DNA of 64,000 nt from Rhodospirillaceae bacterium (lineage in GTDB: Bacteria; Pseudomonadota; Alphaproteobacteria; Rhodospirillales; Rhodospirillaceae), in contig JAIEMI010000056.1 in the NCBI GenBank assembly GCA_019752235.1, forward strand, positions 12,865 to 76,864, in the 5' to 3' direction. Below are positions 30,867 to 41,518 of the stretch, piece after piece. The notes beneath the pieces were generated by a model. It was given only the letters and a program-made list of their open reading frames with translations, was not told where the DNA came from and did no database searches. Each line of letters begins with the position of its first letter. The stretch's first letter is position 1. Position numbers and translations under genes: made by a program.

Positions 30867-31860
30867 GGCGAACGCTGGAGGCTGGTGTGACGATCTGATC
30901 GATGGCGCCAAAGATTGACGCGCCGGCTTCATCGAACATTTCAATGCGGACCTGGTCTCCGAACCGGAGGAAAGGCGTGCTGGGTTTGCCGTCGCGCAAG
31001 GTTTCCACCGTGCGGCGTTCTGCGAGGCAGGATGAACCGACTTCGCTCTGATTGCGGTTGGCGACGGTGCCGGATCCGATGATCGTTCCCGCTCCCAGCC
31101 TGCGGGTGCGGGCCGCGTGCATGATCAGTTGACGGAAATCAAAAGTCAGGTCGATCCCGGCGTTCGGATGGCCAAAAGGTTTACCCCGCACGTGACTCAC
31201 GAGTGGTAGCGACACCTTGCCGCCATCCCAGGCCTTGCCCAATTCGTCGGGTGTCACGGCCACGGGAGAAAAGGCGGTGGCGGGTTTAGACTGATAAAAG
31301 CCAAACCCCTTAGCCAGTTCGTTCGGAATGAGATTGCGCAGGGTAACGTCGTTGACCAGCATCACCAGCTTTATGTGTTTGCCGGCTTCTTCCAATGTTG
31401 TTCCCATTGGGACATCGCCGGTCATTACGGCGACTTCGGCTTCCAGATCGATTCCCATATCCTCGCTCGTCGCGACAATGGGGTCGCATGGGCCGACAAA
31501 ATCATCACTGCCACCCTGATAGACGAGGGGGTCGGTGTAAAAGCTTTCGGGTACTTCGGCGCCGCGTGCTTTACGTACTAACTCTACATGCACCAAGTAC
31601 GCGCTTCCGTCGACCCAGTGATAGGCGCGGGGCAAAGGCGCAGCCAAAGCGCGCGTATCAAGCGTAAATACGCCGGGTGCCGTACCATTGCTAAGACGTC
31701 CGTAAACTTCTCGCAACGCCGAGACGGCGGTGTCCCAGTCGTCCAAGGCCGATTGTAGGGTTGGATACAAGCTGCGCACGCGCACGGCGCGGGTGAGGTC
31801 TTGGGAGACGACAATCAGCGTGCCATCGCGGCCGCCTTCCTTGAGCGTTGCGAGTTTCAT
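30850..31860 (-). CDS. fumarylacetoacetate hydrolase (FAH) family protein
   Basis: 336 aa. MKLATLKEGGRDGTLIVVSQDL at the N-terminus and the FAH-fold core (GDVPMGT...MLVNDVTLRN...GSGTVAN). It lies between the VOC gene and maiA. Confidence 0.75.
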   Translation of the reverse strand: MKLATLKEGGRDGTLIVVSQDLTRAVRVRSLYPTLQSALDDWDTAVSALREVYGRLSNGTAPGVFTLDTRALAAPLPRAYHWVDGSAYLVHVELVRKARGAEVPESFYTDPLVYQGGSDDFVGPCDPIVATSEDMGIDLEAEVAVMTGDVPMGTTLEEAGKHIKLVMLVNDVTLRNLIPNELAKGFGFYQSKPATAFSPVAVTPDELGKAWDGGKVSLPLVSHVRGKPFGHPNAGIDLTFDFRQLIMHAARTRRLGAGTIIGSGTVANRNQSEVGSSCLAERRTVETLRDGKPSTPFLRFGDQVRIEMFDEAGASIFGAIDQIVTPASSVRHAEAV

Positions 31861-32420
31861 GACGCTTTCCCGTTCCCCCGATGCTGTGCGCGGGCTTTTT
31901 CATGCAGCCACGCGGCGTGTTGTGGCGCTTTGCGCGTGCGGTTCCATTCGTCCAACATTGCCGGAGCTACGCGTTTGAGCTCGTCTATTTCTGTTGCTGT
32001 GCCTGTATCGACAGTCAGTTCCAGCCTGTGCCCGTTGGGATCGAAGAAGTATATGGATTTGAAAATGCCGTGGTCGGTGGGACCGATTACGTCCACGCCT
32101 CGCGCGGTAACGCGGTCGCGCGCGGCGAGGAGCGTGTCCATATCCTTGACCTTGAACGCTATATGTTGGACCCACGCCGGCGTGTTGGGATCGAAGCTCA
32201 TGCCGGGCTGTTGGGGCAGTTCAAAAAAGGCGAGCACATTGCCGCCGCCAGCATCCAGGAAGATATGCATGTAGGGATCGTAGGCACCGGTTGACGGCAC
32301 GTGATCTTCGGCAAAGGCGATCTGGAAATCCATTTCCAGAACGTCACGATAAAACTGCATCGTCGCCATGGCGTCTTTGCAGCGATAGGCAACGTGATGG
32401 ATGCCCTGTACCAGGCTCAT
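31857..32420 (-). CDS. VOC (glyoxalase / extradiol dioxygenase) family metalloprotein
   Basis: 187 aa, two beta-alpha-beta3 modules. Candidate metal ligands are in GIHHVAYRC, VQHIAFKV and FFDPNGHRLELT. There is a 4-nt overlap with the FAH gene. Confidence 0.75.
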   Translation of the reverse strand: MSLVQGIHHVAYRCKDAMATMQFYRDVLEMDFQIAFAEDHVPSTGAYDPYMHIFLDAGGGNVLAFFELPQQPGMSFDPNTPAWVQHIAFKVKDMDTLLAARDRVTARGVDVIGPTDHGIFKSIYFFDPNGHRLELTVDTGTATEIDELKRVAPAMLDEWNRTRKAPQHAAWLHEKARAQHRGNGKAS

Positions 32421-32429
32421 GACTGCCTC

Positions 32430-33521
32430 CTACGTCGTTTCCGTAAGCACGCCCCGCCGAACCTGATCTTGCTCAATGGATTCGAAGAGCGCTTTGAAGT
32501 TGCCTTCGCCGAAACCATCGTCGCCTTTGCGCTGAATGATTTCGAAAAAAATTGGACCGATCATGGTTTGGGTAAAAATCTGCAACAGCAGGCGCCTATT
32601 TCCCTCCGTAGTGCCGTCCAGCAGGATCCCGCGTTTCTTTAGCTCGGCGACGTTTTCGCCATGGCCGGGCAAACGGTTTTCCAGCATGTCGAAATACGCG
32701 GCGGGCGGTGGGTCGAGGAACGTGACTCCGCGCGCCTTCAGCTTGTCGTAGGTGGCTAGAATATCGTCGGTCGCCAAGGCGATGTGCTGGATGCCTTCGC
32801 CACGGTAAAGCTTCAGGTACTCTTCGATTTGGCTTTTGTCGTCGAGGGATTCGTTGATCGGAATGCGAATCTTGCCGCAGGGACCGGTCATGGCGCGTGA
32901 TTTGAGGCCGGTGTACTTGCCTTCAATATCGAAGTAGCGGATTTCACGCAGATTAAAGAGGTGTTCGTAAAATCCCGCCCAGAAATCCATGCGACCTTTG
33001 TAGACGTTGTTGGTTAGGTGATCGATTTCCCGTAAGCCCGCGCCCACCGGATGGAATTCGGCATTTTTCTCGAACACAAAATCAACGTCGTAAATCGAGA
33101 TGTCTTGGTATCGATCGACTAAATAAATCGCGGATCCACCAATGCCTTCGATGGCAGGGATGTTGAGTTCCATGGGGCCGGCTGTGCTGGGCACATCGGC
33201 GGCGCCGAGTTCAAGAGCGCGCGCATGAGCGTAAGCAGCGTCGCTGACGCGGAAAGCCATGGCGCAGGCACCTGGGCCATGTTCGCGTGCGAAACGCTGA
33301 GCGCGACTTTTCGGCTCAAAATTGACAATGAAGTTGATGTCGCCCTGGCGGTAAAGGATGACGTTTTTGGACCGATGGCGGGCAACGGCGCTAAAACCCA
33401 GCTTCTCGAAAACAGCGCCCAACGCTTCGGGGTTCTCGGCGGCGTATTCGACAAACTCGAAGCCGTCGGTGCCCATGGGATTCGTGGTGGTTATCCCTGG
33501 GCGCTGCGAGACATGGTTCAT
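32430..33521 (-). CDS. hppD: 4-hydroxyphenylpyruvate dioxygenase
   Basis: [22 protein letters not shown] and [22 protein letters not shown] are HppD hallmarks. The start is taken at MNHVSQ (33521). Confidence 0.85.
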   Translation of the reverse strand: MNHVSQRPGITTTNPMGTDGFEFVEYAAENPEALGAVFEKLGFSAVARHRSKNVILYRQGDINFIVNFEPKSRAQRFAREHGPGACAMAFRVSDAAYAHARALELGAADVPSTAGPMELNIPAIEGIGGSAIYLVDRYQDISIYDVDFVFEKNAEFHPVGAGLREIDHLTNNVYKGRMDFWAGFYEHLFNLREIRYFDIEGKYTGLKSRAMTGPCGKIRIPINESLDDKSQIEEYLKLYRGEGIQHIALATDDILATYDKLKARGVTFLDPPPAAYFDMLENRLPGHGENVAELKKRGILLDGTTEGNRRLLLQIFTQTMIGPIFFEIIQRKGDDGFGEGNFKALFESIEQDQVRRGVLTETT

Positions 33522-33645
33522 ATGAGACGGCTCCGGCGTGGATGGTGTGTCTTGCACACAGGATGGAATACCCCCGCCGGCATGTGGTTGCGTTTCAGTC
33601 GGCATTTGGTCACTATTAGCTATAAAATTGCGGGATATGAGAAAT

Positions 33646-34149
33646 ATGAGCGATAACGCACCTCAGGTGGCCGGTGGAACCATCGACGCCATTGACCTGA
33701 AGATTTTGGCGGCTCTGCAGGAAAACAGCGGAAGGTCCAACGTGGATCTGGCCGCAGCTGTGGGCCTATCGCCGTCGCCATGTTTGCGCCGGGTGCGGGC
33801 CTTGGAAGAGCGTGGGCTGATCCGCGGTTATAAGGCGACGATCGACCGCCGTGCTGTGGGCTTGGGCGTACGCGCTTTTGTCGAGGTGCGTCTCGAAGGC
33901 CAAACGGAAGGCATCACTGAAAAATTCCTCAGCAGGATTACGCGGATGCCTGAGGTCATGTCCTGCTACCTCATGACCGGCGCGCTGGATTTTCTGCTCG
34001 ATGTTGTTGCGACGGACCTTGATGCTTACGCTGAGTTCACGACCAAGGGCCTCATCGGATTGCCCGGCGTGAAAGAAATCAGGTCTAGTTTTGTGTTGAA
34101 AGAAATAGACGGCAGCGGTCATCTGCCGCTCAAGCATCTTTCCAGGTAA
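33646..34149 (+). CDS. Lrp/AsnC-family transcriptional regulator
   Basis: [47 protein letters not shown] (HTH) plus a C-terminal RAM domain. It is divergent from hppD. Confidence 0.85.
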   Translation: MSDNAPQVAGGTIDAIDLKILAALQENSGRSNVDLAAAVGLSPSPCLRRVRALEERGLIRGYKATIDRRAVGLGVRAFVEVRLEGQTEGITEKFLSRITRMPEVMSCYLMTGALDFLLDVVATDLDAYAEFTTKGLIGLPGVKEIRSSFVLKEIDGSGHLPLKHLSR

Positions 34150-34409
34150 ACGGCCACCTGCCGCCGCCGATATCGACTGCGCTCGCTGCGGTGTTTTCGT
34201 ATTTCGCATCAGTAATTTCCTTACCAATACCGACGTAGCCAATGCGGCGCGCGCGATGCCGCCTGCCGTTCCAACGTCGCAGGCCGGTCCATTGCGACAT
34301 AAGCGCCCGGACCAATATTTCTTTTATAGAAACTATAATTGATTGAGAAAAATAGTTGCACAAACAGAAAATATGGAGAATTGTTGAGAAACACGGCGTC
34401 CAGTCATTG

Positions 34410-34787
34410 ATGCCGACATTTATCGAGGTGGGGAAATTGCCGATGAAGCCTCCGCATCTATCCGCCTTTCAGGAGGCCGGACCCTTTATCTATCTCTCGG
34501 GCCAATTGGCGTTCAATGCTGCCGGTGAGATATGCCACCCCGGTGTTGCGGAACAGACAGCCCAAATCCTGAGCAACATTGAAGGTGTTCTCGCCAAGCT
34601 CGGTTTGAGCCGAACAAACATATTTAAGGCCACGGTCTGGCTGAAGCCTGGCAGTGATTTCGGCGCCTTCAATGATAGCTACGCGACGTTCTTTGGAGAG
34701 CATCGCCCGGCACGATCAACCGTTTACAGCGAACTCGCGCTTTCGGCGGCCGTCGTCGAAATCGAAGCCATTGCGTATCGCGCGTGA
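34410..34787 (+). CDS. RidA/YjgF-family protein
   Basis: GPFIYLSGQLAF...NIFKATVWL...RPARSTVYSELALSAAVVEIEAIA. The start is uncertain (34356, 34410 or 34443). Confidence 0.75.
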   Translation: MPTFIEVGKLPMKPPHLSAFQEAGPFIYLSGQLAFNAAGEICHPGVAEQTAQILSNIEGVLAKLGLSRTNIFKATVWLKPGSDFGAFNDSYATFFGEHRPARSTVYSELALSAAVVEIEAIAYRA

Positions 34788-34814
34788 GTGTTTGCGCCAG
34801 TGAAGTGAGATTCG

Positions 34815-36233
34815 ATGGGTAATCAGACCGATTCTGCGCCGGCCTCACAGAAGGACGTTTTTGGTCATCCCCGCGGCCTCGTCGTTTTGGCAGGCACAGA
34901 GCTTTGGGATCGAATCTCCTTTAGTGGGATGCAGGCGATCCTCGTCCTCTACATGGTCGAGCAACTGTTCGCGCCAGGGCATTCCATCAACATCGTTGGT
35001 TTTCCATGGGTTGAGGCTGCGATTGAGGGCATTTTTGGCGAACTCAGCTCTCAGGGCCTCGCGACCCAGATATTCGGGCTGTATGTTGGTTTTTCCTATC
35101 TGACCCCCTTGTTAGGTGGAGTCATCGGTGATCGCTGGATTGGAAGGCGCCGCGCCGTAATTCTCGGGGCCTTGCTGATGACCGCCGGCCATTTCTGTAT
35201 GGCCTTTGAGGCAAGTTTTCTGCTGGCGCTGGCCTTGATCATATTTGGCGCGGGTTTTTTGCGCGGCAACCTCACCCCGCAGGTCGCTGAACTCTATGCT
35301 CCGGAGGACAGCCGCCGCGCCACAGCATTTCAGATATACGCGAGCATGGTTGCCATCGGAGCATTCATATCTCCGCTCATTACCGGATGGCTCAGCCAGG
35401 AATTTGACTGGCACGTGGCTTTTACTTTCGCCGGCGTAGGTATGTTCATCGGGTTGATTTGGTACTTGGCTGGGCAGCGCGTTCTTCCGGACGAAAACGT
35501 CGCCATTACGCAGACATCGTCAAAATCACTCAATAAACAAGAGCGCCATGCGGTTATCGCGCTGACCGCTATCGTTCCTTTCTGCACGCTATTTTGGATA
35601 GCGCAGGCCCAGATTTGGAATACCTATAACCTCTGGGTTCGCGACCGCGTCGATCTCAAATTTGGCGACTGGGTTTTGCCGGTTCCTTGGCTGCAGGCGT
35701 TTGACGGCCTTTCGCCGTTGCTTGCGCTTCCGCTGTTATTGATGTGGTGGAAAAAGCGCGAACGTGCAGGCATCAAACCCGATGAAATCGTGCGCATGGC
35801 GATTGGCTGCTTCATCTTCGGTGCGGCGGTAATATTTCTCGCCGCAGGCGATCTGGTTTTGAATGATCAGGGGAAAGTCCTTCTGATCATGCCCCTCGCT
35901 TTTCACCTGGTGTCAAATGTCGGCTGGTTATATTTTTCTCCCAGCGCGAATTCGCTTTTCACCGGCGGTGCCCCGACAGGGACACGCGGCACGATGGTTG
36001 GGGTTTATACCCTTTCGTATTTTCTCGGCAGCGTGATAAGCGGGCGCATAGGCTCCCTTTATGAAACGTGGTCGCCAGCCAACTTTTGGCTGCTCCACGC
36101 GGCCCTTGTCGGTTCGGCCGGCGTCGCGCTCCTAAGTGTGGCTTCATGGGTTCGCCGCGCGACGTTCAATGCAAAACCCGATAGCAAGGCAGCCAGCGGC
36201 CCTGACGGCACAGTCTTAAAGGGCGCCGCATGA
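34815..36233 (+). CDS. POT/PTR2-family proton-dependent oligopeptide transporter
   Basis: GHPRGLVVLAGTELWDRISFSGMQAILVLYM is the POT signature. The protein is polytopic, 472 aa. Confidence 0.8.
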   Translation: MGNQTDSAPASQKDVFGHPRGLVVLAGTELWDRISFSGMQAILVLYMVEQLFAPGHSINIVGFPWVEAAIEGIFGELSSQGLATQIFGLYVGFSYLTPLLGGVIGDRWIGRRRAVILGALLMTAGHFCMAFEASFLLALALIIFGAGFLRGNLTPQVAELYAPEDSRRATAFQIYASMVAIGAFISPLITGWLSQEFDWHVAFTFAGVGMFIGLIWYLAGQRVLPDENVAITQTSSKSLNKQERHAVIALTAIVPFCTLFWIAQAQIWNTYNLWVRDRVDLKFGDWVLPVPWLQAFDGLSPLLALPLLLMWWKKRERAGIKPDEIVRMAIGCFIFGAAVIFLAAGDLVLNDQGKVLLIMPLAFHLVSNVGWLYFSPSANSLFTGGAPTGTRGTMVGVYTLSYFLGSVISGRIGSLYETWSPANFWLLHAALVGSAGVALLSVASWVRRATFNAKPDSKAASGPDGTVLKGAA

Positions 36234-36985
36234 TCTTGCATCTTTCCACGTGGCCCGAGATTGAAACGTATCTAGCGCGTTCGCGAGCGATCGTTATTCC
36301 GATTGGTTCCACTGAACAACATGGGCCAACCGGCCTGCTTGGTACTGACTGGCTCTGTGCGGAAATCATCGCGCATCGCGCCCTTGCTGCTCGTGCGGAT
36401 ATCCTCGTTGGGCCAACGTTTAACGTCGGCATGGCGCAGCATCATTTAGGTTTTCCTGGCTCCATATCGCTACGACCATCAACCATGATTCTGACGCTTC
36501 GGGACTGGGTTTCCTCTCTATTGGTGCACGGCTTTGAGACTATTTACTTTCTGAATGGCCATGGCGGAAATATCGCCACGATAGAGGCTGCCTTTTCCGA
36601 AATTTATGCTGAGGCGAGCTATGCCAAGCGTCACGCGGAACTTGCGCTGATTCTGCGTAATTGGTGGCAGCTCGCCGGCGTCGCAGAACTGGCTCACCGA
36701 CAGTTCCCCAACGGTCACGGAAGTCACGCCGAACCGTCGGAAATCGCGATTACTCAAGCCGCCTATCCGGCGTCGATCAAGAATGCGCCTTGCGACCCAC
36801 CCGTTGCGCCGAGTGGTCCTATCCGTGATGCGATCGATTTTAGAACGCGTCATCCCGATGGAAGAATGGGCTCCGATCCACTTCAGGCAAGCCCGGCCTA
36901 TGGGGAGGAATTGATCGAGATGGCTGTCCAGGGACTCTTAACTGAGATTGCTGCGTTGGAGACTCGGCGGGATCGAGTCGATTAG
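36230..36985 (+). CDS. creatininase-family amidohydrolase
   Basis: IPIGSTEQHGPTGLLGTDW and NGHGGN motifs. There is a 4-nt overlap with the transporter gene. Confidence 0.75.
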   Translation: MILHLSTWPEIETYLARSRAIVIPIGSTEQHGPTGLLGTDWLCAEIIAHRALAARADILVGPTFNVGMAQHHLGFPGSISLRPSTMILTLRDWVSSLLVHGFETIYFLNGHGGNIATIEAAFSEIYAEASYAKRHAELALILRNWWQLAGVAELAHRQFPNGHGSHAEPSEIAITQAAYPASIKNAPCDPPVAPSGPIRDAIDFRTRHPDGRMGSDPLQASPAYGEELIEMAVQGLLTEIAALETRRDRVD

Positions 36986-37115
36986 GGGTGCATAAGCAAA
37001 TCACCCGAAATTTATTTACATCAGACAAAACTTTCTATAATAGATAATATTATACATTTATGATAATTCAGGTCTGGCGCTCCGAGCTTGATCCTCCGTT
37101 GAAAGTAAGAGGCAC

Positions 37116-38279
37116 GTGATTAACGCCAATGAATTTGATGTTTTGGTAATTGGCGGCGGCATCGCGGGCACCGGCATCGCGGCGCATTTGGCACCCAGCC
37201 GTAAAGTGGCTGTTCTCGAAATGGAGGAGCAGCCGGGGTTTCATTCGACGGGACGGTCGGCCGCGCTGTTCGTCATCGGATATGGCAATCACGTCGTTCG
37301 GGCTTTGACGCTCGCAAGTCGGAAATTTTTCTACGCGCCGGACGAGGGCTTCTGTGATGGGCCGCTTGTCAACAGAAGAGAGATCATGATCGTTGGTCGC
37401 GCCGAAAAGCGCGATGCGTTTGAGCAGTACATTGCCAGCGAACTTCCTGCCGATAACCTTAAACAGATTAGTGCCGCAGCAGCGTTGGAATTGTGTCCGG
37501 TACTGCGTTCCGAAGGACTCATCGGCGCGGTTTTGGATGTCGATGCCGCGGATATTGAGGTTCATGCACTGCAACAGGGATATATTAAGCGGCTCAAAAG
37601 TCACGGGGGGCAAATCTTCCTCAATTCCAAGGTCGAGGAAGTTGCATTTGACCAGGTAACCCAGCGATGGAAGTTAAAAACCTCGCAAGGCGTTTTTCGA
37701 GCTTCAGTGTTGGTGAATGCCGCTGGCGCCTGGGCAGATGAGATTGCCGCGAAAGTGGGCGCAAAGACGATAGGAATTGAACCGCGCCGTCGGACGGCGG
37801 CACTCATCGATGTTCCCGAAGGTCTGAACTCAAAAGACTGGCCGATGATTCTCGATGCCGACGAGCAGTTCTATATGAAGCCCGATGCAGGCTTGCTGCT
37901 GATATCGCCGGCCGATGAAACGCCTTCCAAGCCCGAAGATGCTCAGCCCGATGAACTCGACGTGGCGATTGCGGCAGATCGCTTGCAGCAGGTTACCAGC
38001 ATCGAAGTTCGGCGGATCAAGAACAAATGGGCTGGGCTTCGGTCGTTTGTCGCAGATCGTTCCCCAGTTGTGGGGTTCGACCCTGAAATTCCGGGGCTCT
38101 TTTGGCTAGCGGCGCTCGGCGGATACGGAATCCAGACAGCCCCAGCATTGAGTGCTCTCGCTGCCAAACTTGTCCTCAAGTTACCTGTCCACAATGAGTT
38201 GCAAGCGATGAAGATCAGTGAAGCGGATCTTTCGCCTACGCGCCTTTTTTTACCAGTGAGTGAGTCGATCAGAGAGTAA
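37116..38279 (+). CDS. FAD-dependent oxidoreductase (DAO / D-amino-acid-oxidase-like family)
   Basis: FDVLVIGGGIAGTGIAAHL Rossmann dinucleotide motif, 387 aa. GTG start. Confidence 0.75.
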   Translation: MINANEFDVLVIGGGIAGTGIAAHLAPSRKVAVLEMEEQPGFHSTGRSAALFVIGYGNHVVRALTLASRKFFYAPDEGFCDGPLVNRREIMIVGRAEKRDAFEQYIASELPADNLKQISAAAALELCPVLRSEGLIGAVLDVDAADIEVHALQQGYIKRLKSHGGQIFLNSKVEEVAFDQVTQRWKLKTSQGVFRASVLVNAAGAWADEIAAKVGAKTIGIEPRRRTAALIDVPEGLNSKDWPMILDADEQFYMKPDAGLLLISPADETPSKPEDAQPDELDVAIAADRLQQVTSIEVRRIKNKWAGLRSFVADRSPVVGFDPEIPGLFWLAALGGYGIQTAPALSALAAKLVLKLPVHNELQAMKISEADLSPTRLFLPVSESIRE

Positions 38280-38337
38280 GTCAAACAGGTGAGACGACGT
38301 GGGGTGTTCTCACCCTCAAACAAAAAGGGGATTATCG

Positions 38338-40548
38338 ATGAATACGTCTTATAAACTACACGTAGCTTTGTTGATGGCGACAAGCAGTGCCCTTGCCATA
38401 CTCGCGCCCGGCTTTGCGAATGCCCAACAGGCAACCTCTGGCTATGAAATCGGCGAAGTTATTGTCACCGCCCAGAAGCGTAGTGAAAACATTCTCGACG
38501 TTCCGGCTGGCGTCAGCGTCGTCTCGACAAAAATTCTGGAAGCGGTCCATGCTACTCAGCTCACCGACGTAAGCTCGTATGTGCCGGCGTTCCAGGTCGA
38601 TTCAGGTGGGTCTGCCGGACAGACCACCATCAGTATCCGCGGCGTCGCACCGATAGGTCGCGCCAGCACCGTGGCGACCTATATCGATGATGCGCCCGTA
38701 GGCAGCAGCACTACCTATAACGGCGGAAACTCTTTCCAACTCGATCTTCTGCCCTATGACGTTGAGCGGTTCGAGATTCTGCGTGGTCCGCAGGGAACGC
38801 TCTATGGCGCTAGCTCCATGGGCGGACTTCTTAAGTACGTGCTCACAACTCCCTCGCTGGATAAGTTCTCGGCGCAGGTGGGCGGAGACCTAATCGGCGT
38901 CAGTGGCGGCGGAAGTGTCGGCGGCGGCGGACGCGCCAACATCAGCGGCCCTATCGCCGAGGGTAAGCTCGGTTTTGTCGCCAGCTATGCCATAGAGCAC
39001 ACGCCAGGCTTCATTGATAACGCCGTAACCGGACAGAAAGATCAAAACAGTGTACAGCAACAGAGCGCTCGCCTCGGCCTGTATTCTGATATCACGGATG
39101 CCTTGACCGTTAAGGTCAACGGCTTGTGGCAACGTACAAAGACGCATGGCAATGCGAGCATGCCGCTGAGCAATACGACCTTGCGTCCGCTCTTCGGCGA
39201 TCTTCAAGACAACAACCTTACTGACCAGCCGTTCCAGAAGACCATTAAGTTTATTTCAGGGGCGATTGAGTATAAGGGCGAATGGGCGGAAGTGATCTCG
39301 TCCACCAGCTATGCCGATACATCGGTCAGCCAGACGCAGGACGCGTCGTACACATATGGCGTGGCATTTCCGTTCTTGGGCTTACCTGCTGCCGGGAAAT
39401 CCGTCTACTGCTACAAGTTGGGACTCGAGAAATTCACGCAGGAACTGCGCGCGCAATCCATTGGATCCGGCCGCCTACAATGGACGGTCGGCGGTTTCTA
39501 CACTTACGAAGATTCCACGAATTTCCAATCGCCCAGCGCACTCACGATGGCCAACGTGCCGATTCCCGGCGTCGATCCGATCTTCTCCGCGCAGTTGCCC
39601 TCCACCTATAAGGAGTATGCAGCGTTCGGAAACGTGAACTACAGCCTTACGGATCGCTTTGAGCTATTCGGTGGTCTTCGCTATGCGAAAAACAAGCAGG
39701 TGTTTAGCGAATTTGCGACGGGCATTATTTTAGCGGCGCCTATCAGCCTGCCTAATCAAAAATCGGATGAAACCGTCACGACCTACAGCGCCGGTGCACG
39801 TTTCAAGTTCAACAGCAACACCATGGTCTACGCCCGCGTGGCGACAGGCTATCGTCCCGGCGGCCCGAATCTGGCGATCCCGGGCGTCTCTCCGACTTTC
39901 AATTCAGACAGCCTGACCAATTACGAAGTGGGCATCAAGGCCAACACGCCGAATAATATGTTCGCGATCGATACGGCCGCCTTCCTCATTGATTGGAAGG
40001 ATATCCAATTGCTGACAAGCGCCGGAGGCGGCTTCAACTACGTCGTCAACGGCAGTAAGGCGCGAAGCGAAGGCGTCGAAGCCAATGTTACGATCCGTCC
40101 GTTAGAGGGTTTGGATGTGAACGGCACGTTCGCTTATATCCACTCCGTTTTGACCGACAATGCCGTTCCCGCGGGTGGCGTGAAAGGCGACCGCCTTCCC
40201 AATGTTCCGAAGCTGAGTGGATCCATTAGCGTGTCGTATACGCGGGATCTGTTCGAGGAATGGAGCGGGACCGCAGGCTTCGGGTTGCGTATGGTTGATG
40301 ACCGCCTGTCGGACTTGACCAGTGCGCCATTTTCCCGGCGTCTGCCCGGCTATGCGGCTCTCGACCTGAATGCGAGCGCGACGGATGGCCGCTATACTTT
40401 GCGTTTGTTTGCTAAAAACGTGACGGATAAGCGAGCTTACGCGTCATATAGCGTGCTCAATAATCAAGCGACCGGTGCTGTCACGCAAATCAACGCGGCG
40501 ATTATTCAACCCCGCACTATTGGTGCCGCGGTTGACGTAAAATTCTAG
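38338..40548 (+). CDS. TonB-dependent outer-membrane receptor
   Basis: Signal peptide ending ANAQQ. Plug region EVIVTAQKRSENILDVPAGVSVV...FEILRGPQGTLYGASSMGG. C-terminal beta-barrel ending ...GAAVDVKF. The ATG at 38338 is preferred. Confidence 0.9.
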   Translation: MNTSYKLHVALLMATSSALAILAPGFANAQQATSGYEIGEVIVTAQKRSENILDVPAGVSVVSTKILEAVHATQLTDVSSYVPAFQVDSGGSAGQTTISIRGVAPIGRASTVATYIDDAPVGSSTTYNGGNSFQLDLLPYDVERFEILRGPQGTLYGASSMGGLLKYVLTTPSLDKFSAQVGGDLIGVSGGGSVGGGGRANISGPIAEGKLGFVASYAIEHTPGFIDNAVTGQKDQNSVQQQSARLGLYSDITDALTVKVNGLWQRTKTHGNASMPLSNTTLRPLFGDLQDNNLTDQPFQKTIKFISGAIEYKGEWAEVISSTSYADTSVSQTQDASYTYGVAFPFLGLPAAGKSVYCYKLGLEKFTQELRAQSIGSGRLQWTVGGFYTYEDSTNFQSPSALTMANVPIPGVDPIFSAQLPSTYKEYAAFGNVNYSLTDRFELFGGLRYAKNKQVFSEFATGIILAAPISLPNQKSDETVTTYSAGARFKFNSNTMVYARVATGYRPGGPNLAIPGVSPTFNSDSLTNYEVGIKANTPNNMFAIDTAAFLIDWKDIQLLTSAGGGFNYVVNGSKARSEGVEANVTIRPLEGLDVNGTFAYIHSVLTDNAVPAGGVKGDRLPNVPKLSGSISVSYTRDLFEEWSGTAGFGLRMVDDRLSDLTSAPFSRRLPGYAALDLNASATDGRYTLRLFAKNVTDKRAYASYSVLNNQATGAVTQINAAIIQPRTIGAAVDVKF

Positions 40549-40556
40549 ATAAACAA

Positions 40557-40590
40557 GGGGGCGAGCAGTGTGCTCGCCCCCTTTTCATTT
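40557..40590 (+). terminator. intrinsic terminator after the TonB receptor
   Basis: gggggcgagc / gctcgccccc form a 10-bp stem with a 5-nt loop, followed by ttttcatttt. The track start at 40570 of the next ORF lies inside this hairpin. Confidence 0.8.
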
Positions 40591-40614
40591 TGTTTCAATC
40601 GGAGCCCGACGACA

Positions 40615-41460
40615 ATGCGATTAAATTTACTCCTGACTCTTGCATTTGGTGCGCTCCTTTCGTGCGCCGCATATGCGGCTGATTCCACCGCGAAATTTGA
40701 CACCCGCATCGTCGAACGCGATGGGCGTAAAATCGCGTTTCATGTCATTTCGGGTAAGTTACCCGCGATCGTTCTGGATGCAGGCGGAGGCAATGACTCT
40801 TCTTATTGGAAGGAGTTTGCACCCAAACTAGCCAAACAAACGGGTGCTCAGATCATCACGTATGATCGTGCAGGATTTGGAAAAAGCGAAGAAGTTCCAG
40901 GCGCTTGGAGCCTTACCGGCGCTATCGACGATTTGGAGGCCGGGCTGCGCGAGCTGGGCGCCACACGTGGTATCATATTGGTGTCGCACTCACTCGCCGG
41001 TGAGATTGCTACCGGCATAGCCGGGCGACACCCCGATTGGTTCGCCGGCGCTGTCATGGTCGATGCAAACGTGCCGGAGTTCTACACGGACGAAATGATC
41101 GCGCGGCAGCTCAAGGTGTATACGCCGATACTGGAAAGTCTGCGAAAGGCACCTCCTTCGCCTGAAGGGCGTCAGCTTTTGGCGTTGGCGGAGTCGTTTG
41201 AGCCGGTTTCGCGGGCGTTCTATAAAATGGAATGGCCGGGTACGGTTCCCGTTATGGTCATTGTGGCGGAGAAGCCTCCTCAGCCCGATCCCGCCGACGC
41301 TCAAGCGTGGCGAGATGCCCATGCGCTGTTTGCCAGCAAGGCGCCAAATCGCACTTTGATTATTGCCGACAAAAGCTCGCACGACGTCGTGCAGGATCGC
41401 CCGGATATTGTTCTGAAAGCCATTGCCGACATCATGCGACAGGGACAGGCGCGTAAATAA
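40615..41460 (+). CDS. secreted alpha/beta-fold hydrolase
   Basis: Signal peptide MRLNLLLTLAFGALLSCAAYA and nucleophile elbow VSHSLAG. It is a paralogue of the N-terminal half of the next gene. Confidence 0.8.
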   Translation: MRLNLLLTLAFGALLSCAAYAADSTAKFDTRIVERDGRKIAFHVISGKLPAIVLDAGGGNDSSYWKEFAPKLAKQTGAQIITYDRAGFGKSEEVPGAWSLTGAIDDLEAGLRELGATRGIILVSHSLAGEIATGIAGRHPDWFAGAVMVDANVPEFYTDEMIARQLKVYTPILESLRKAPPSPEGRQLLALAESFEPVSRAFYKMEWPGTVPVMVIVAEKPPQPDPADAQAWRDAHALFASKAPNRTLIIADKSSHDVVQDRPDIVLKAIADIMRQGQARK

Positions 41461-41518
41461 ACCCAGAGGTCGTGAGTGGCAGTGCCTCTTTGAATTGTCT
41501 TATTGGAGCGCCTAAAAA

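Noticed and set aside
37068-37613. 181-aa minus-strand ORF over the start of the FAD oxidoreductase
   Set aside because: It is antisense to a gene with a clear Rossmann FAD motif, and its translation has no features.
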